A DNA stretch of 61,686 bases, the filler included, from Deltaproteobacteria bacterium (GTDB taxonomy: Bacteria; JAUYMQ01), in NCBI GenBank assembly GCA_030698575.1. It is 14 parts of 14 records of this genome, joined end to end, with 100 filler letters (N's around TTAATTAATTAA, not from the genome) between each part and the next. Parts side by side here need not be neighbours in the genome. Positions count along the whole stretch, not along the records: positions 28,136 to 31,177 come from JAUYMQ010000439.1; positions 31,278 to 38,228 come from JAUYMQ010000447.1; positions 38,329 to 41,359 come from JAUYMQ010000459.1; 11 more parts are not named here. One strand, given 5' to 3'. The translations under genes and the position numbers were made by a program. Under the pieces are notes generated by a model, which was not told where the DNA came from, searched no databases, and worked only from the letters and a program-made list of their open reading frames with translations. Positions 29,750 through 40,857 of the stretch are shown here, piece after piece (the stretch's first letter is position 1; every line of letters starts with the position of its first letter).

Positions 29750-30515
29750 CCGGACGCGTCCTGAGAAGGGCCCTGTCGCCGAGCGGCTGCAGAAGGTCCT
29801 GGCTCGCGCGGGTGTTGCCTCGCGCCGGGCGGCGGAGGTACTCGTGCGCGAAGGCCGCGTGCAGGTGAACGGCCGCGTCATCACCGAGCTGGGCACGAAG
29901 GTCGACGCCGGGAAGGATCACGTGAAGGTCGATGGCCGCCACATCGGCGCAGCGCAGCGCATGGTCTATTACGCTTTCTACAAACCCACGCGGGTGGTGA
30001 CCACCCTGCAGGACCCGGAGGGGCGCCGCACGGTGAAGGGTTACCTGAAGGGCGTGCACGAGCGCGTGTATCCCATCGGCCGGCTCGACTACGAGACGGA
30101 GGGATTGATCCTGCTCACGAACGACGGCGACCTGGCCGCCCGTTGCATGCACCCGAAGCACGGCGTGAGCAAGGTGTACCATCTGCTCGTCGAGGGAGAC
30201 TTCCCCGACGCGCTCCTCGAGAAGCTCGAGGACGGGGTGTTCATTGACATCAATCCGGCCAAGGATCCCCGGCGGACGCTTCCCGCCCGCGTGAAGCGCC
30301 TCAAGATGACGCGCCGGCCGAAGCAACGCACCATGCTCGAGATCAGGCTCCGCGAGGGTCGGAACCGCCAGGTACGGCGGATGTTCGCCCGGGTGGGGCG
30401 GGAGATTGTGTACCTGCGCCGCACGGCCGTGGGGCCCGTTCATCTCGGCACGATGCGCCCCGGCGACCTCAGGCCGCTCACGCCCGAGGAGGTCCGGGAC
30501 CTGAAGAAGCTGTAG
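29709..30515 (+). CDS. rluB: rRNA pseudouridine synthase (RluB/RsuA family); start uncertain
   Basis: ERLQKVLARAGVASRR S4 domain, PIGRLDYETEGLILLTNDG, EGRNRQVRRM. Confidence 0.93.
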   Translation: MTTKKTTRKPTTNSRTRPEKGPVAERLQKVLARAGVASRRAAEVLVREGRVQVNGRVITELGTKVDAGKDHVKVDGRHIGAAQRMVYYAFYKPTRVVTTLQDPEGRRTVKGYLKGVHERVYPIGRLDYETEGLILLTNDGDLAARCMHPKHGVSKVYHLLVEGDFPDALLEKLEDGVFIDINPAKDPRRTLPARVKRLKMTRRPKQRTMLEIRLREGRNRQVRRMFARVGREIVYLRRTAVGPVHLGTMRPGDLRPLTPEEVRDLKKL

Positions 30516-30550
30516 GGCTGAAAGCAGGCCCCAGCGGGGCGTCCCACGTC

Positions 30551-30579
30551 TTGCAGACCCCCTGTCACTGTGGTAGGTT
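30551..30579 (+). promoter_or_regulatory. Putative sigma70 promoter of tRNA gene
   Basis: TTGCAG-17 nt-TAGGTT with extended TG. Confidence 0.55.
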
Positions 30580-30612
30580 ACCGTCTCCTCACGACGCTAT
30601 GTTGCGTCTTGT

Positions 30613-31177
<565 letters not shown>

Positions 31178-31278
31178 NNNNNNNNNNNNNNNNNNNNNNN
31201 NNNNNNNNNNNNNNNNNNNNNTTAATTAATTAANNNNNNNNNNNNNNNNNNNNNNNNNNNNNNNNNNNNNNNNNNNNG

Positions 31279-31365
31279 GTCGGGCTGCTTGCCACGGATC
31301 TCATCGAGCGAATTCCCGCGACCATCGACGCGCTCAGAGCCGGCCGCGCCGGCCCCCCGTTCTGA
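31279..31365 (+). CDS. C-terminus of probable NAD(P)HX dehydratase (Nnr)
   Basis: GLLATDLIERIP motif and usual position upstream of tsaE. Confidence 0.55.
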   Translation, partial: VGLLATDLIERIPATIDALRAGRAGPPF

Positions 31366-31382
31366 CGAGGCCGAATTCCGAA

Positions 31383-31862
31383 ATGCCGACTTCCAGGGCT
31401 CCGGGATCAGAGTCGCCCGCGCAGAGCGGCGTGGGCGAGCGCGTGGTTGAAACAAGCTCCGAGGCCGAAACCCGCTCTCTCGGCCGAAGTGTCGGGGAGG
31501 GGCTCCATCCCGGCGCTGTCGTGGCGCTCATCGGAGACCTGGGCGCGGGAAAAACGATCTTCGCGAAGGGGGTGGCCGAGGGGCTCGGCTGCAGCGACGA
31601 GGCGTCCAGTCCGACCTTCGCGCTGGTGCATGTGTACGAAGGGTCGGTTCGCGTGTATCATATCGATTTTTACAGGCTTTCCGGCCCCGACGAGGTTGAA
31701 TCGCTCGGCTTCCGTGACTATCTCGACGGCCGGGGGGTGCTGGTCGTGGAGTGGGCCGACCGTGCCCCCGACAGCCTGCCGCCCGATCGCCTGGAAGTGC
31801 GCTTCCAGCGCACGGGCGACGAGTCGCGGCGGATTACGGTAAGGCCGTTGCGGGGAAGGTAA
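31383..31862 (+). CDS. tsaE: tRNA threonylcarbamoyladenosine biosynthesis ATPase (start may be GTG 31431)
   Basis: GDLGAGKT, SSPTFAL, YHIDFYRL, VVEWAD. Confidence 0.94.
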   Translation: MPTSRAPGSESPAQSGVGERVVETSSEAETRSLGRSVGEGLHPGAVVALIGDLGAGKTIFAKGVAEGLGCSDEASSPTFALVHVYEGSVRVYHIDFYRLSGPDEVESLGFRDYLDGRGVLVVEWADRAPDSLPPDRLEVRFQRTGDESRRITVRPLRGR

Positions 31863-31894
31863 CTCCGTTTGTCATTGCGCGGGGAGCCTGGGCT

Positions 31895-31999
31895 CGCATG
31901 TCATTGCGAGGAGGGCCGAAGGCCCGACGAAGCAATCCCCCGGGCACCGCCACGAACGGGGGGATTGCTTCGTCGCTGCGCTCCTCGCAATGACATGCG
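31895..31999. repeat. Nested-palindrome intergenic repeat, copy 2
   Basis: Same 19-bp terminal and inner inverted repeats as 18864-18962; extra half-sites near 31870 and 32019. Confidence 0.9.
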
Positions 32000-32046
32000 T
32001 TCCGATGCATGGGTTCCGATGACATGCGCTGGAGACGGATAGATAC

Positions 32047-33285
32047 ATGGCGCTGATAGTCCAGAAATATGGCGGCACTTCGGTGGGCGACACCGCGCGC
32101 ATCGCGCGGGTTGCGGATCGTGTCATCCGCACCCGCGAGAGCGGCAACCAGGTGATCGTCGTGGTCTCGGCCATGGCCGGCGAGACCAATCGCCTCACCA
32201 AGCTCGCGGCGGATCTCACCGACACGCCCAGCGAGCGCGAGATGGACGTCATCCTTTCGACCGGCGAGCAGGTGACTATCGGGCTCCTCTCGATCGCGCT
32301 CGACGCGCGGGGGTGCGCTGCACGCTCTTTTACCGGCTCGCAGGTGCGCATCACCACCGATTCGGCCTTTTCGAAGGCGCGCATCCAGAAGATCGACGAC
32401 TCAGCCATTCGCCAGGCGCTCGACCGCGGCGAGGTGGTGGTCGTGGCGGGCTTCCAGGGGATCGATGAGGCCGGCAACATCACGACGCTCGGCCGGGGGG
32501 GATCGGATACCAGCGCCGTAGCCATCGCGGCGGCCCTTGGCGCCGACGTCTGCGAGATTTACACCGACGTCGACGGCGTCTTCACCAGCGATCCCGGTGT
32601 TGTTCCGTCGGCCCGCATGCTCGACAGGGTTTCCTACGACGAAATGCTCGAGATGGCGTCGCTGGGGGCGAAAGTGCTGCACATCAGGTCGGTGCTCTTC
32701 GCCAAGAAGTACAATGTGCCCCTCCACGTCCGATCGAGCTTCAACGACAAGGAAGGCACGCTGGTCACCAGGGAGGAAGACATCATGGAGGCGCTGGAGG
32801 TCACGGGGGTCACCTACAACCGCGACGAGGCGAAGATCACCGTCGTGGGGGTTCCCGATCAGCCCGGAGTGGCGGCGAAGTTGCTGGGCCCCATCACCGA
32901 CTGCAACATCATCGTCGACATGATCGTGCAGAACGTAGGGACCGACGGGCACGCGGACGTGACGTTCACGGTGCCCAAGGCGGACTTCAAGAAGGCGCTT
33001 TCCTGCGCCCAGGAAGCGGCGCGCGAACTCCGCGCCCGGGAGGTGCTGTCGGACGACCGGGTCGCCAAGGTATCGATCGTCGGCATGGGGATGAAGAACC
33101 ACGCCGGCGTGGCGTCGCGCATGTTCGAGCTTCTCTCCAAGGAAGGTATCAACATCCAGATCATCAGCACCTCGGAGATCAAGATCAGCTGCGTCATCGA
33201 TGACAAGTACGCCGAGCTGGCGGTGCGCACACTGCACGACGGCTTCGAGCTGGGCAAAGAGCCCGCCGTGGCGGAGAACACCTGA
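32047..33285 (+). CDS. lysC: Aspartate kinase
   Basis: [31 protein letters not shown], two ACT domains, STSEIKISC. Confidence 0.97.
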   Translation: MALIVQKYGGTSVGDTARIARVADRVIRTRESGNQVIVVVSAMAGETNRLTKLAADLTDTPSEREMDVILSTGEQVTIGLLSIALDARGCAARSFTGSQVRITTDSAFSKARIQKIDDSAIRQALDRGEVVVVAGFQGIDEAGNITTLGRGGSDTSAVAIAAALGADVCEIYTDVDGVFTSDPGVVPSARMLDRVSYDEMLEMASLGAKVLHIRSVLFAKKYNVPLHVRSSFNDKEGTLVTREEDIMEALEVTGVTYNRDEAKITVVGVPDQPGVAAKLLGPITDCNIIVDMIVQNVGTDGHADVTFTVPKADFKKALSCAQEAARELRAREVLSDDRVAKVSIVGMGMKNHAGVASRMFELLSKEGINIQIISTSEIKISCVIDDKYAELAVRTLHDGFELGKEPAVAENT

Positions 33286-34952
33286 TGGGAACGAAGAAAG
33301 CAACACGGAAAGCGCCGCCGAAGGCGGGGAACGCCAAGCCGCCCCCGGCGCGGCGGGAGATATCCATCTACGACGCGCTGCTGCGCGACGGGACGCAGGG
33401 CGAGGAGATCAACTTCTCCGTCGAGGACAAGCTCCGCATCACCGAAAAGCTCGACGAGATGGGGGTCGACTACATCGAAGGAGGATACCCGGGCTCCAAC
33501 CCGAAGGATCTTGAGTTCTTCCGCGCGGCCAAGTCGCTTCGGCTAAGCCACGCGAAACTTGTGGCCTTCGGGGCCACGCGGCGGAGCGGGACCTCCTGCG
33601 AGAAGGACGCCGGTATGCAGGGGCTGCTTCGCGCCGAGACGCCGGTGGCCACCATCTTTGGAAAGTCCTGGGACCTGCACGTCACCGACGCGCTTCGAAT
33701 CCCGCTCCAGGAAAACCTGGACATCATTCACGACTCGCTCAGGTGGCTGACCAAGCGCTTCGACCGGGTCATCTACGACGCCGAGCACTTTTTCGACGGC
33801 TACAAGCGAAACCAGGCTTACGCGCTGAAGAGCCTGACCGCCGCCGTCGAGGCCGGCCCCGACTGGATCGTGCTCTGCGACACGAACGGGGGCAGCATGC
33901 CCCATGAGGTCGCCGAGATCGTCGAAGCCGTGCGCGCGCGGTTCGACGTGCCGCTCGGCATTCATTGCCACAACGACTGCGAGCTGGGCGTGGCCAACAC
34001 CCTGGCGGCGGTCGCGAAGGGGGCCGACCAGGTCCAGGGGACCATCAACGGTTTCGGCGAGAGGTGCGGCAACGCGAATCTCACGTCGATCATCCCGAAC
34101 CTCCAGTTCAAGCTCGGCTTGCGCTGCATCAGCGACGGGCAGATCTCGAAGCTCGTCGAGCTGTCTCACTTCGTCGATGAGCTGGCCAACGTGCCGCCCA
34201 ACAACCGCGCCGCCTTCGTGGGCCGGTCGGCCTTCGCCCACAAGGGCGGGATGCACGTCGACGCCGTGCAGAAGAACCCCGAGACCTACGAGCACATTCA
34301 TCCCGAACTGGTCGGAAACCGGCAGCGAATTCTCGTCTCGGACATGGCCGGCAAGGGCAACGTGCTGGCCAAGGCGCGCGAGGTCGGCATCGATCTCGAG
34401 AGCGGCGATCCTGTGGCCAGGGAGATCCTCGCGCAGGTGAAGCAGCTCGAGCACGAGGGGTACGCCTTCGAGGGCGCCGATGCGAGTTTCGAAATCCTGC
34501 TCCGCAAGTCGATGGGGACCCACAAGAAGTACTTCAGCCTGCACGGGTTCCGCGTGATCGACGAGAAGCGCGACGAGAACGTAACGCCGATCTCGGAGGC
34601 GACGGTGCAGGTGGAGGTGGGCGGGCATCTGGAGCACACCGCGGCAGTCGGCAACGGCCCGGTGAACGCACTCGACAACGCCCTTCGGAAGGCGCTGGAG
34701 AATTTCTATCCATCGCTCATGAAGATGGAGCTGCTGGACTACAAGGTGCGCGTGCTCGCCTCCGGCCACGGCACGGGGGCCCGCGTGCGCGTGCTTATCG
34801 AGTCCGGCGATCACAGCTCGCGCTGGGGCACGGTGGGCGTCTCGGAGAACATCATCGAGGCGAGCTGGCGCGCCCTGGTCGACAGCGTCGAGTTCAAGCT
34901 CATGAAAGATGAGCGGGCCGCGCGCGCGTCGAAGCGAAAGCCTCGCAGCTAA
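33285..34952 (+). CDS. cimA: Citramalate synthase
   Basis: [55 protein letters not shown]; follows lysC. Confidence 0.93.
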   Translation: MGTKKATRKAPPKAGNAKPPPARREISIYDALLRDGTQGEEINFSVEDKLRITEKLDEMGVDYIEGGYPGSNPKDLEFFRAAKSLRLSHAKLVAFGATRRSGTSCEKDAGMQGLLRAETPVATIFGKSWDLHVTDALRIPLQENLDIIHDSLRWLTKRFDRVIYDAEHFFDGYKRNQAYALKSLTAAVEAGPDWIVLCDTNGGSMPHEVAEIVEAVRARFDVPLGIHCHNDCELGVANTLAAVAKGADQVQGTINGFGERCGNANLTSIIPNLQFKLGLRCISDGQISKLVELSHFVDELANVPPNNRAAFVGRSAFAHKGGMHVDAVQKNPETYEHIHPELVGNRQRILVSDMAGKGNVLAKAREVGIDLESGDPVAREILAQVKQLEHEGYAFEGADASFEILLRKSMGTHKKYFSLHGFRVIDEKRDENVTPISEATVQVEVGGHLEHTAAVGNGPVNALDNALRKALENFYPSLMKMELLDYKVRVLASGHGTGARVRVLIESGDHSSRWGTVGVSENIIEASWRALVDSVEFKLMKDERAARASKRKPRS

Positions 34953-35053
34953 GAGGCCGCCGGCGCCCCCGGAACGGCCTCGTGAGAAGCAGAGAGCGCC
35001 CTGAAAGGGGCGCTCTTTCTTTTGCCGGGCGCGCCACGGGGGGAGGGGCTGGA

Positions 35054-35701
35054 ATGTTCTCGCGCGTCGACAGGCGCCTGGCGGCCGGGCTCCTCGTCCT
35101 CGGGGCCGCCTGGACGGGCGCCGTTCTCGATCATTTCGAGCGCCGCCGGGCCGAGAGCGGCCCTGCGGGGTGGGAAGCGCCGCGGTCCTACGCGGGCGCC
35201 GTCGAGATTGCCGGCGCCGTCTCCCGGCCCGGCGTGCGGCCGGGGCTGGCCGGACGCACGCTTCGAGAAGCCCTCGCGCTGGCCGGGCCGCTCCGTTCTC
35301 TCCGGGGTCCGGACCTGGATCGGCCGCTGGAGGAGGGAGCGCGCGTCGTCCTCCATCCCGACGGGCGCGTGCGCGCGGGGCGGATGCCCGGGCGGCGGCT
35401 CCTCGCGCTTGGCCTGCCTATCCCGCTCGAGTTCGCGACCGCTGCCGACCTCGTGGCGCTCCCCGGCGTGGGGCCGGCCATTGCGGCACGCATCATCGCC
35501 CACCGGGACGCGGGCGCTCCCCTGAAGCGCATCGCCGATCTGGACGCCGTCCCCGGAATCGGCCCCAAGACGCTGGCTCGCATTCGCCCCCACCTCACGC
35601 TGCAACCCGCATGTCATAGCAAGGAGCGTGGTTTCGCATGTCATTGCGAGGAGGGGCGGGAGGCCCCGACGAAGCAATCCCCCCCGCCATCGCGCCCTTG
35701 A
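35054..35701 (+). CDS. comEA: ComEA-like helix-hairpin-helix DNA-binding protein
   Basis: N-terminal TM, SLBB-like GAVSRPG, LPGVGPAIA and VPGIGPKT HhH motifs; 3' end runs into repeat. Confidence 0.8.
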   Translation: MFSRVDRRLAAGLLVLGAAWTGAVLDHFERRRAESGPAGWEAPRSYAGAVEIAGAVSRPGVRPGLAGRTLREALALAGPLRSLRGPDLDRPLEEGARVVLHPDGRVRAGRMPGRRLLALGLPIPLEFATAADLVALPGVGPAIAARIIAHRDAGAPLKRIADLDAVPGIGPKTLARIRPHLTLQPACHSKERGFACHCEEGREAPTKQSPPPSRP

Positions 35702-35770
35702 TGCGAACGGCGCCGAGCGCACGGGGGATTGCTTCGGCGCCCCTGAGGGGGCGCCTCGCAATGACATGCG
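35635..35770. repeat. Nested-palindrome repeat, copy 3 (overlaps comEA 3' end)
   Basis: CGCATGTCATTGCGAGG...GAAGCAATCCCC / GGGGATTGCTTCG...CCTCGCAATGACATGCG; degenerate half-site at 35608. Confidence 0.88.
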
Positions 35771-35914
35771 CTGGAAACGCCCCCGCGTATCCCAGGTATC
35801 CAGGAAGGACCCGGAGCCTTCTCCGCCGCGGCATCGAGCAGGAACATGTTGAAAGAGTGGGCGCCACTGGCGTATAAGGTCCCATCGCCCTGAAAGCCCC
35901 CCGGGAGGTGTTCG

Positions 35915-36352
35915 TTGCCCGCCAAGACCAGTGTTCTCCTGGCCGAGCAGAGCCAGGATCTCGTCGAGATCATCACAAGCACGCTGAAAGGCACCGGGAT
36001 CGTGGACGAGATCCACGTCGTGCAGGATGGCGAGGAGGCGCTCGAGTTCATCTTCCGGCAGGGAAAGTACGCCTCCGGCGAGGGAATGACGCGGCCGAGC
36101 CTCATCCTGCTGGACGTGAAGCTCCCCAAGGAGAACGGCATCAGCGTCCTCCGGAAGATCAAGTCCAGCCCCGAGTTCCGGAGCATCCCCGTCGTGATGC
36201 TCTCCTCCTCAGAGAGCCCGGTCGACATCCAGAGCAGTTACGCCGAGGGGGCAAACTCCTACGTCATCAAACCCGCCCGCTTCAACGACCTCATGGACAG
36301 GGTGGAGCGCGTGGTCAACTACTGGATCCAGACGAACGCGCTGCCTGACTGA
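35915..36352 (+). CDS. Single-domain response regulator (Rcp-like)
   Basis: DGEEALEF, PSLILLDVKLPK, IPVVMLSSS, GANSYVIKP. Confidence 0.9.
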   Translation: MPAKTSVLLAEQSQDLVEIITSTLKGTGIVDEIHVVQDGEEALEFIFRQGKYASGEGMTRPSLILLDVKLPKENGISVLRKIKSSPEFRSIPVVMLSSSESPVDIQSSYAEGANSYVIKPARFNDLMDRVERVVNYWIQTNALPD

Positions 36353-36361
36353 CCTCCCGCG

Positions 36362-36400
36362 TTGACACCCCCGGAATACCCGATTATCTTGTAGGGGTTT
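36362..36400 (+). promoter_or_regulatory. sigma70 promoter with possible Rrf2/IscR-type operator
   Basis: TTGACA-17 nt-TATCTT; overlapping ATACCCGA...TAGGGGTTT loosely resembles an IscR site. Confidence 0.55.
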
Positions 36401-36484
36401 ACGGCCCGGGACCGTAACGCGACAGGTTCTCGCCGCTTTCCGGGGATTCACCCCCGAACCTTCCGGCCAGTGAGGCATCGCACC

Positions 36485-36982
36485 ATGCGGATCACCGCCC
36501 GCGGCTCCTATGCCCTCCGTGCGCTCGTCGATCTCGCGAGCCAGGAGAGCGCCCAGCCCGTCAGCCTGCGCCAGATCGCCGCGCGCGGCAACATCTCCGT
36601 GAGCTACCTCGAGCAGCTCTTTCTGAAGCTCCGCCGGAAGAAGCTGGTGCGAAGCGTCCGCGGGCCCGGCGGCGGCTATCTGCTCGACCGCGAGGCCGCC
36701 GACATCACTGTGGCCGACGTGGTCGAGGCGGTCGAGGAGAAGATCGAGCCGATCTACTGCGTCGATCCCGGCTCCGACCGGACCTGCCCCCTCGAGCCCT
36801 GCTGCGCGGCGCACGACGTGTGGCAGGGGCTGGCGGAGAGAATTCGCGAGTATCTCTCGTCCGTCCGCCTGGACGAGCTGGTGCGAAAGAGCCGCGCGAT
36901 GAGGCCCGGCAACGAGGCCGCGACGAATGGCGATCCCTTCGCCGTGCTCCCCCGGGGCGCCTCCGGCGAGCGCAAGCCGTGA
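36485..36982 (+). CDS. Rrf2-family regulator (IscR-like)
   Basis: YALRALVDLA, SYLEQLF.KL, SVRGPGGGY, Cys cluster C..C..CC..H; upstream of cysteine desulfurase. Confidence 0.92.
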   Translation: MRITARGSYALRALVDLASQESAQPVSLRQIAARGNISVSYLEQLFLKLRRKKLVRSVRGPGGGYLLDREAADITVADVVEAVEEKIEPIYCVDPGSDRTCPLEPCCAAHDVWQGLAERIREYLSSVRLDELVRKSRAMRPGNEAATNGDPFAVLPRGASGERKP

Positions 36983-38157
36983 AGCGCTTCTACCTCGATC
37001 ACAATGCCACCACCCCCGTCCTGCCCGAGGCCCTGGAGGCCGCGCTCCCGCACCTCACGCGGCATTTCGGAAACTCGTCGAGCTTTCACTGGGCCGGGAG
37101 CGTTGCCCGCGAAGCCGTCGACACGGCCCGCGAGCAGGTTGCGGCGCTCCTTTGCGCGGCGCGCGAGGAGATTATCTTCACGAGCGGGGGAACCGAGGGC
37201 AACAACCTGGCGCTGAAGGGCGTTCTGGAGGCCCAAGGGGGCGAACGGCGGCACCTGGTCATCTCCGCGGCAGAGCACGCCTCGGTCTTCGAGGCGGCCC
37301 GTCACCTCGAGGCGCAGGGCGCGCGATTGACGATCGTGCCTGTCGACGGCGCCGGGCGTGTTTCGGCCGAGGCCGTCGCGGCGGCAATCACGCCCGATAC
37401 CGCGCTGGTGTGCATCCATCACGCGAACAACGAGACCGGCACGCTTCAGCCCGTCGAGGCAATCGGCCGGGCCTGCCGCGAGCGCGGCGTGCCCTTCCAC
37501 ACCGACGCCGTGCAGGCCGCGGGCCGCATTCCACTCGACCTGCGGGCGCTTCCCGTCGACCTCCTGTCCCTCTCGGGGCACAAGATGGGAGGGATGAAGG
37601 GGGCGGGCGTGCTCTACGCGCGCGCGGGCGCGCCGCTAGTCCGGCAGACGGATGGCGGTCCGCAGGAGCGGCGCCGCCGGGCGGGCACCGAGAACGTGGC
37701 GGCGCTCGTGGCGCTTGGCGTCGCATCACGCGTTGCCCTGGAGGCGCTCCCGACCGAGCCGCTCCGGCTTTGCGCGCTGCGGGACAGGCTCTGGGAAGGC
37801 GTTCGCGCGCGCGTGCCCGACGCCGTCCGCAGCGGCGACGCAGCGCACTGCCTGCCGAACACGCTCAACGTGCGTTTTCCAGGCGCCGACGGCGAGACGC
37901 TGCTCATGGGGCTCGATCTCGAGGGCGTTGCGGCGAGCGCCGGATCGGCCTGCAGCACCGGAAGCCTCGAGCCCTCGCGCGTCCTTCTCGCGATGGGCCT
38001 CGACCGGAACGAGGCGCGCGCCAGCATCCGCTTCTCGCTGGGGCCCGAGAGCACCGACGAGGATGTCGAGCGCGTGATCGATCTCCTGCCCCCGCTGGTG
38101 GCGGGGGCGCGCGAGGCCGCGCAGGCGGCCGGGGGCCCGGAGGCCAGTCGGCTCTGA
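36979..38157 (+). CDS. iscS: Cysteine desulfurase (IscS/NifS family)
   Basis: YLDHNATTP, FTSGGTE, NNETG, HTDAVQ, SGHK, SAGSACS. Confidence 0.93.
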   Translation: MKRFYLDHNATTPVLPEALEAALPHLTRHFGNSSSFHWAGSVAREAVDTAREQVAALLCAAREEIIFTSGGTEGNNLALKGVLEAQGGERRHLVISAAEHASVFEAARHLEAQGARLTIVPVDGAGRVSAEAVAAAITPDTALVCIHHANNETGTLQPVEAIGRACRERGVPFHTDAVQAAGRIPLDLRALPVDLLSLSGHKMGGMKGAGVLYARAGAPLVRQTDGGPQERRRRAGTENVAALVALGVASRVALEALPTEPLRLCALRDRLWEGVRARVPDAVRSGDAAHCLPNTLNVRFPGADGETLLMGLDLEGVAASAGSACSTGSLEPSRVLLAMGLDRNEARASIRFSLGPESTDEDVERVIDLLPPLVAGAREAAQAAGGPEASRL

Positions 38158-38166
38158 CGGCCACCC

Positions 38167-38228
38167 CGCATGTCATCGTGAGGCACGCTGGCGCCGCATG
38201 TCATTGCGAGGAGGGCCGCCCCGCATGT
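38167..38228. repeat. Tandem half-sites of the nested-palindrome repeat, copy 4 (contig ends inside)
   Basis: CGCATGT at 38167, 38195 and 38222 (27-28 nt period); middle unit is CGCATGTCATTGCGAGGAG. Confidence 0.85.
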
Positions 38229-38328
38229 NNNNNNNNNNNNNNNNNNNNNNNNNNNNNNNNNNNNNNNNNNNNTTAATTAATTAANNNNNNNNNNNNNNNN
38301 NNNNNNNNNNNNNNNNNNNNNNNNNNNN

Positions 38329-38697
38329 GATGACGGTTTCTCCGGGCAGAGCCGCGTAGGAGATCCAGGAAGGGTGCACCACCAGATCCGGCAGCGGCCG
38401 CTCCAGGCGAAAATGCCGCCGCCAGCCGGCCTCCCAGTCCTCCTCGGGAACCTCCTGTGCGGAGGAGACGTCCGGGGCCGGCTCGCCCTGTCGCAGCGCC
38501 AGCTCGGCCAGGCGCTCCATGACCGCGCTGCGCAATCCAGCCGGCGCGGGCGCGGGCCAGTAGGCGAGAAGGCGCACGCGCCCTTCGCCCGCCTCCCGGG
38601 TCTCCCAGCCGACACTCCCCAGATCCCTCAGGAGCGCCGCCGCGGGATCCTCGAGCGCCGGGGCGAGCACGAACTCGACGACCTGCCAGCGGGACAT
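38329..38697 (-). CDS. prmA: Ribosomal protein L11 methyltransferase, N-terminal part
   Basis: EEDWEAGWRRHF, VVHPSW, VI at contig edge. Confidence 0.8.
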
Positions 38698-38881
38698 CGC
38701 GCGGACCTCTCGCGCGCAGATGAGCGCGCTTCAAAATTGAGGGTGAGGCCGCCGCCTGCTATCTTGTCAGCCAAGCGGCCGGCGGAAGGCGCGAGGCGGG
38801 GAGCCCGCGCGCCGGCCTCATCCTAGCGGGCGCGGGCCCGCGGCAACAGCGCCGGAGATTCCCGGCAACCGTCTTCATCTG

Positions 38882-39976
38882 ATGAATACATCCGTTCACC
38901 CCTGGCGACGGCCCCTTGCGGGGCTTCTGATCCTGCCGCTGATTGGCGCGTGCTCGCCCACCTATCTCTTCCACGTGGGCGTCGGTCACGCCCGGATCAT
39001 GATGGCCCGCCGCCCCTATGCCGATGTCCTGAAGGACCCTGCCGCAACTTCGCAGGACAAATCGCTTCTGCTGGAGGTCCAGCAGGTCAAGCGCTTCGGC
39101 GAGGAGCGTCTCGGGCTGGCGGATACGGATAACTTCGACAGTTTCGTGAGGCTGGACCGCCCCGCGGTCTCCTGGATCGTGGTCGGGGCGGAGAAAACGC
39201 GGCTCTCGGCGCACGAATGGTGGTTCCCTTTCGTCGGGCGGGTCCCCTACAAGGGCTATTACAACCCTGATCAGGCCCGGCGCGAAGCAGCAGCGCTGGA
39301 GCGCCGCGGCCTCGACGTGGACGTCCGGCCCGTGGCGGCATACAGCACGCTGGGCTACTTCGCCGATCCGGTCTTTTCAACCTTCCTGCGCTTCCCCGAG
39401 GCGGCGATCCCCGAGCTGATACTCCATGAGCTGACGCACGCGACGCTGTTCGCGAGGGGGCAGGTCGATTTCAACGAGGGCTTCGCCACCTTCGTCGGAC
39501 AGAAGGGAGGCCTGGCCTTCCTCGAGGAACGGTACGGCGCCGACTCGCCCCTCGTCGCCGAGTCGCTGGCCCGCTCCCGCGACGAGCTGGCCTTCGGGCG
39601 GTTCGTGGGCGAAGTGAGCGAGAGGCTCGAGGCGCTCTACGAAAGTCCGCTCTCCGACGAGGAGAAGATCGCCCGCCGCGAAAAGGTGTTCCGCGAGTCC
39701 AAGCTGTCCTTCGCGAAACTTCGCGAGCGTTTCTCCTCGAACTCGTACGACGATTTCGCGGAAGCCGAGTGGAACAACGCCGTCATCCTCGCGAATCGCC
39801 GCTACTACGGCGATCTTCCACGCTTCGAGACGCTCTACGCGGCGCTCGGCGGAGATCTCGAGAAATTCGTCGCCTACTTCGTGGATGCGAAGGAACGGGG
39901 AGAGGATCTCACCGACGCGCTCGAGCGCGGGGGGAACCCCCCCGGCGGGGCGAAAACCGGGAAGGAGCGTTCGTGA
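38882..39976 (+). CDS. Putative zinc aminopeptidase lipoprotein
   Basis: LIGAC lipobox, WWFPFVGRVPYKGYY, AAYSTLGYF.DP, HELTH, FNEGFATF. Confidence 0.85.
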   Translation: MNTSVHPWRRPLAGLLILPLIGACSPTYLFHVGVGHARIMMARRPYADVLKDPAATSQDKSLLLEVQQVKRFGEERLGLADTDNFDSFVRLDRPAVSWIVVGAEKTRLSAHEWWFPFVGRVPYKGYYNPDQARREAAALERRGLDVDVRPVAAYSTLGYFADPVFSTFLRFPEAAIPELILHELTHATLFARGQVDFNEGFATFVGQKGGLAFLEERYGADSPLVAESLARSRDELAFGRFVGEVSERLEALYESPLSDEEKIARREKVFRESKLSFAKLRERFSSNSYDDFAEAEWNNAVILANRRYYGDLPRFETLYAALGGDLEKFVAYFVDAKERGEDLTDALERGGNPPGGAKTGKERS

Positions 39977-40857
39977 AGCAAAAACGGCGGCCCGGCCGGC
40001 GCCCGAAGGGCGTTGTCACGCGCGGGCGGGTGGCGCGCCGGATGGCGGTCACCATGCTCATGCCGATGCGCCGGGTTCCACAACGCATCCAGCCGGGGCC
40101 AGTGCCCGCGGACGAGACCGCCGTCACCTATGTCGGGCATGCGACCGCGCTCATCCAGACCGCCGGAATGAATATCATCACGGATCCAATCTTCTCGAGC
40201 CGGATCCTCCTGCTCAGGAGGCTGGTCGAACCGGGCGTGTCGTTCTCCAGCCTGCCTTTCATCGATCTCGTGCTTCTCTCACACGCCCACCTCGATCACT
40301 GCGATCTGCCGACGCTCAAACGCTTCAACAAGACCACGCCGGTCGTCTGCCCGCGCGGCGTCGGCGATCTCCCGGCCCGGGCGGGGCTGCGCAACGTCAT
40401 CGAGCTGGAACTCGGCGAGAAGACCCGTGTGGGCGACGTCACGGTAACCTCGATCCCGGTGCGTCATTTCGGGCAGCGCTTCTTTCTCGACACCCATCGT
40501 GGATACACGGCGTTTCTCGTCGAGGGCGGCTCCCGTTCCGTCTTCTTTGGCGGGGATACGGCCTACGACCGGCGTTTCGCGGAGATTGGGCGGAAGCACG
40601 ACATCGACATCGCGCTCATCCCCATCGGGGCGTACAAGCCCGATACTTTCCGGGGGGTCCATTGCAATCCGCCGGACGCGATCCGGTCTTTCCAGGAGCT
40701 GCAGGCCCGCTGGCTCGTCCCCATCCACTGGGGGACTTTCGTCATATCCTATGAGCCGGTGGAAGAACCAATCGAATGGCTGGAGGCGATCCGCGACGAG
40801 CTGGAACTGGAAGATCGGGTGGCTGTGCTGCGGCACGGCGAGCGCCGGTTTTTCTGA
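39973..40857 (+). CDS. MBL-fold metallohydrolase (NAPE-PLD-like)
   Basis: YVGHAT, TDPIFS, SHAHLDH, FGGDT, PIGAY, PIHWGTF. Confidence 0.9.
   Translation: MKQKRRPGRRPKGVVTRGRVARRMAVTMLMPMRRVPQRIQPGPVPADETAVTYVGHATALIQTAGMNIITDPIFSSRILLLRRLVEPGVSFSSLPFIDLVLLSHAHLDHCDLPTLKRFNKTTPVVCPRGVGDLPARAGLRNVIELELGEKTRVGDVTVTSIPVRHFGQRFFLDTHRGYTAFLVEGGSRSVFFGGDTAYDRRFAEIGRKHDIDIALIPIGAYKPDTFRGVHCNPPDAIRSFQELQARWLVPIHWGTFVISYEPVEEPIEWLEAIRDELELEDRVAVLRHGERRFF

Noticed and set aside
38167-38228. 27-28 nt periodic CGCATGT units as a possible CRISPR array
   Set aside because: Units are half-sites of the dispersed palindromic repeat, too short and degenerate, with no spacers of CRISPR size and no cas genes
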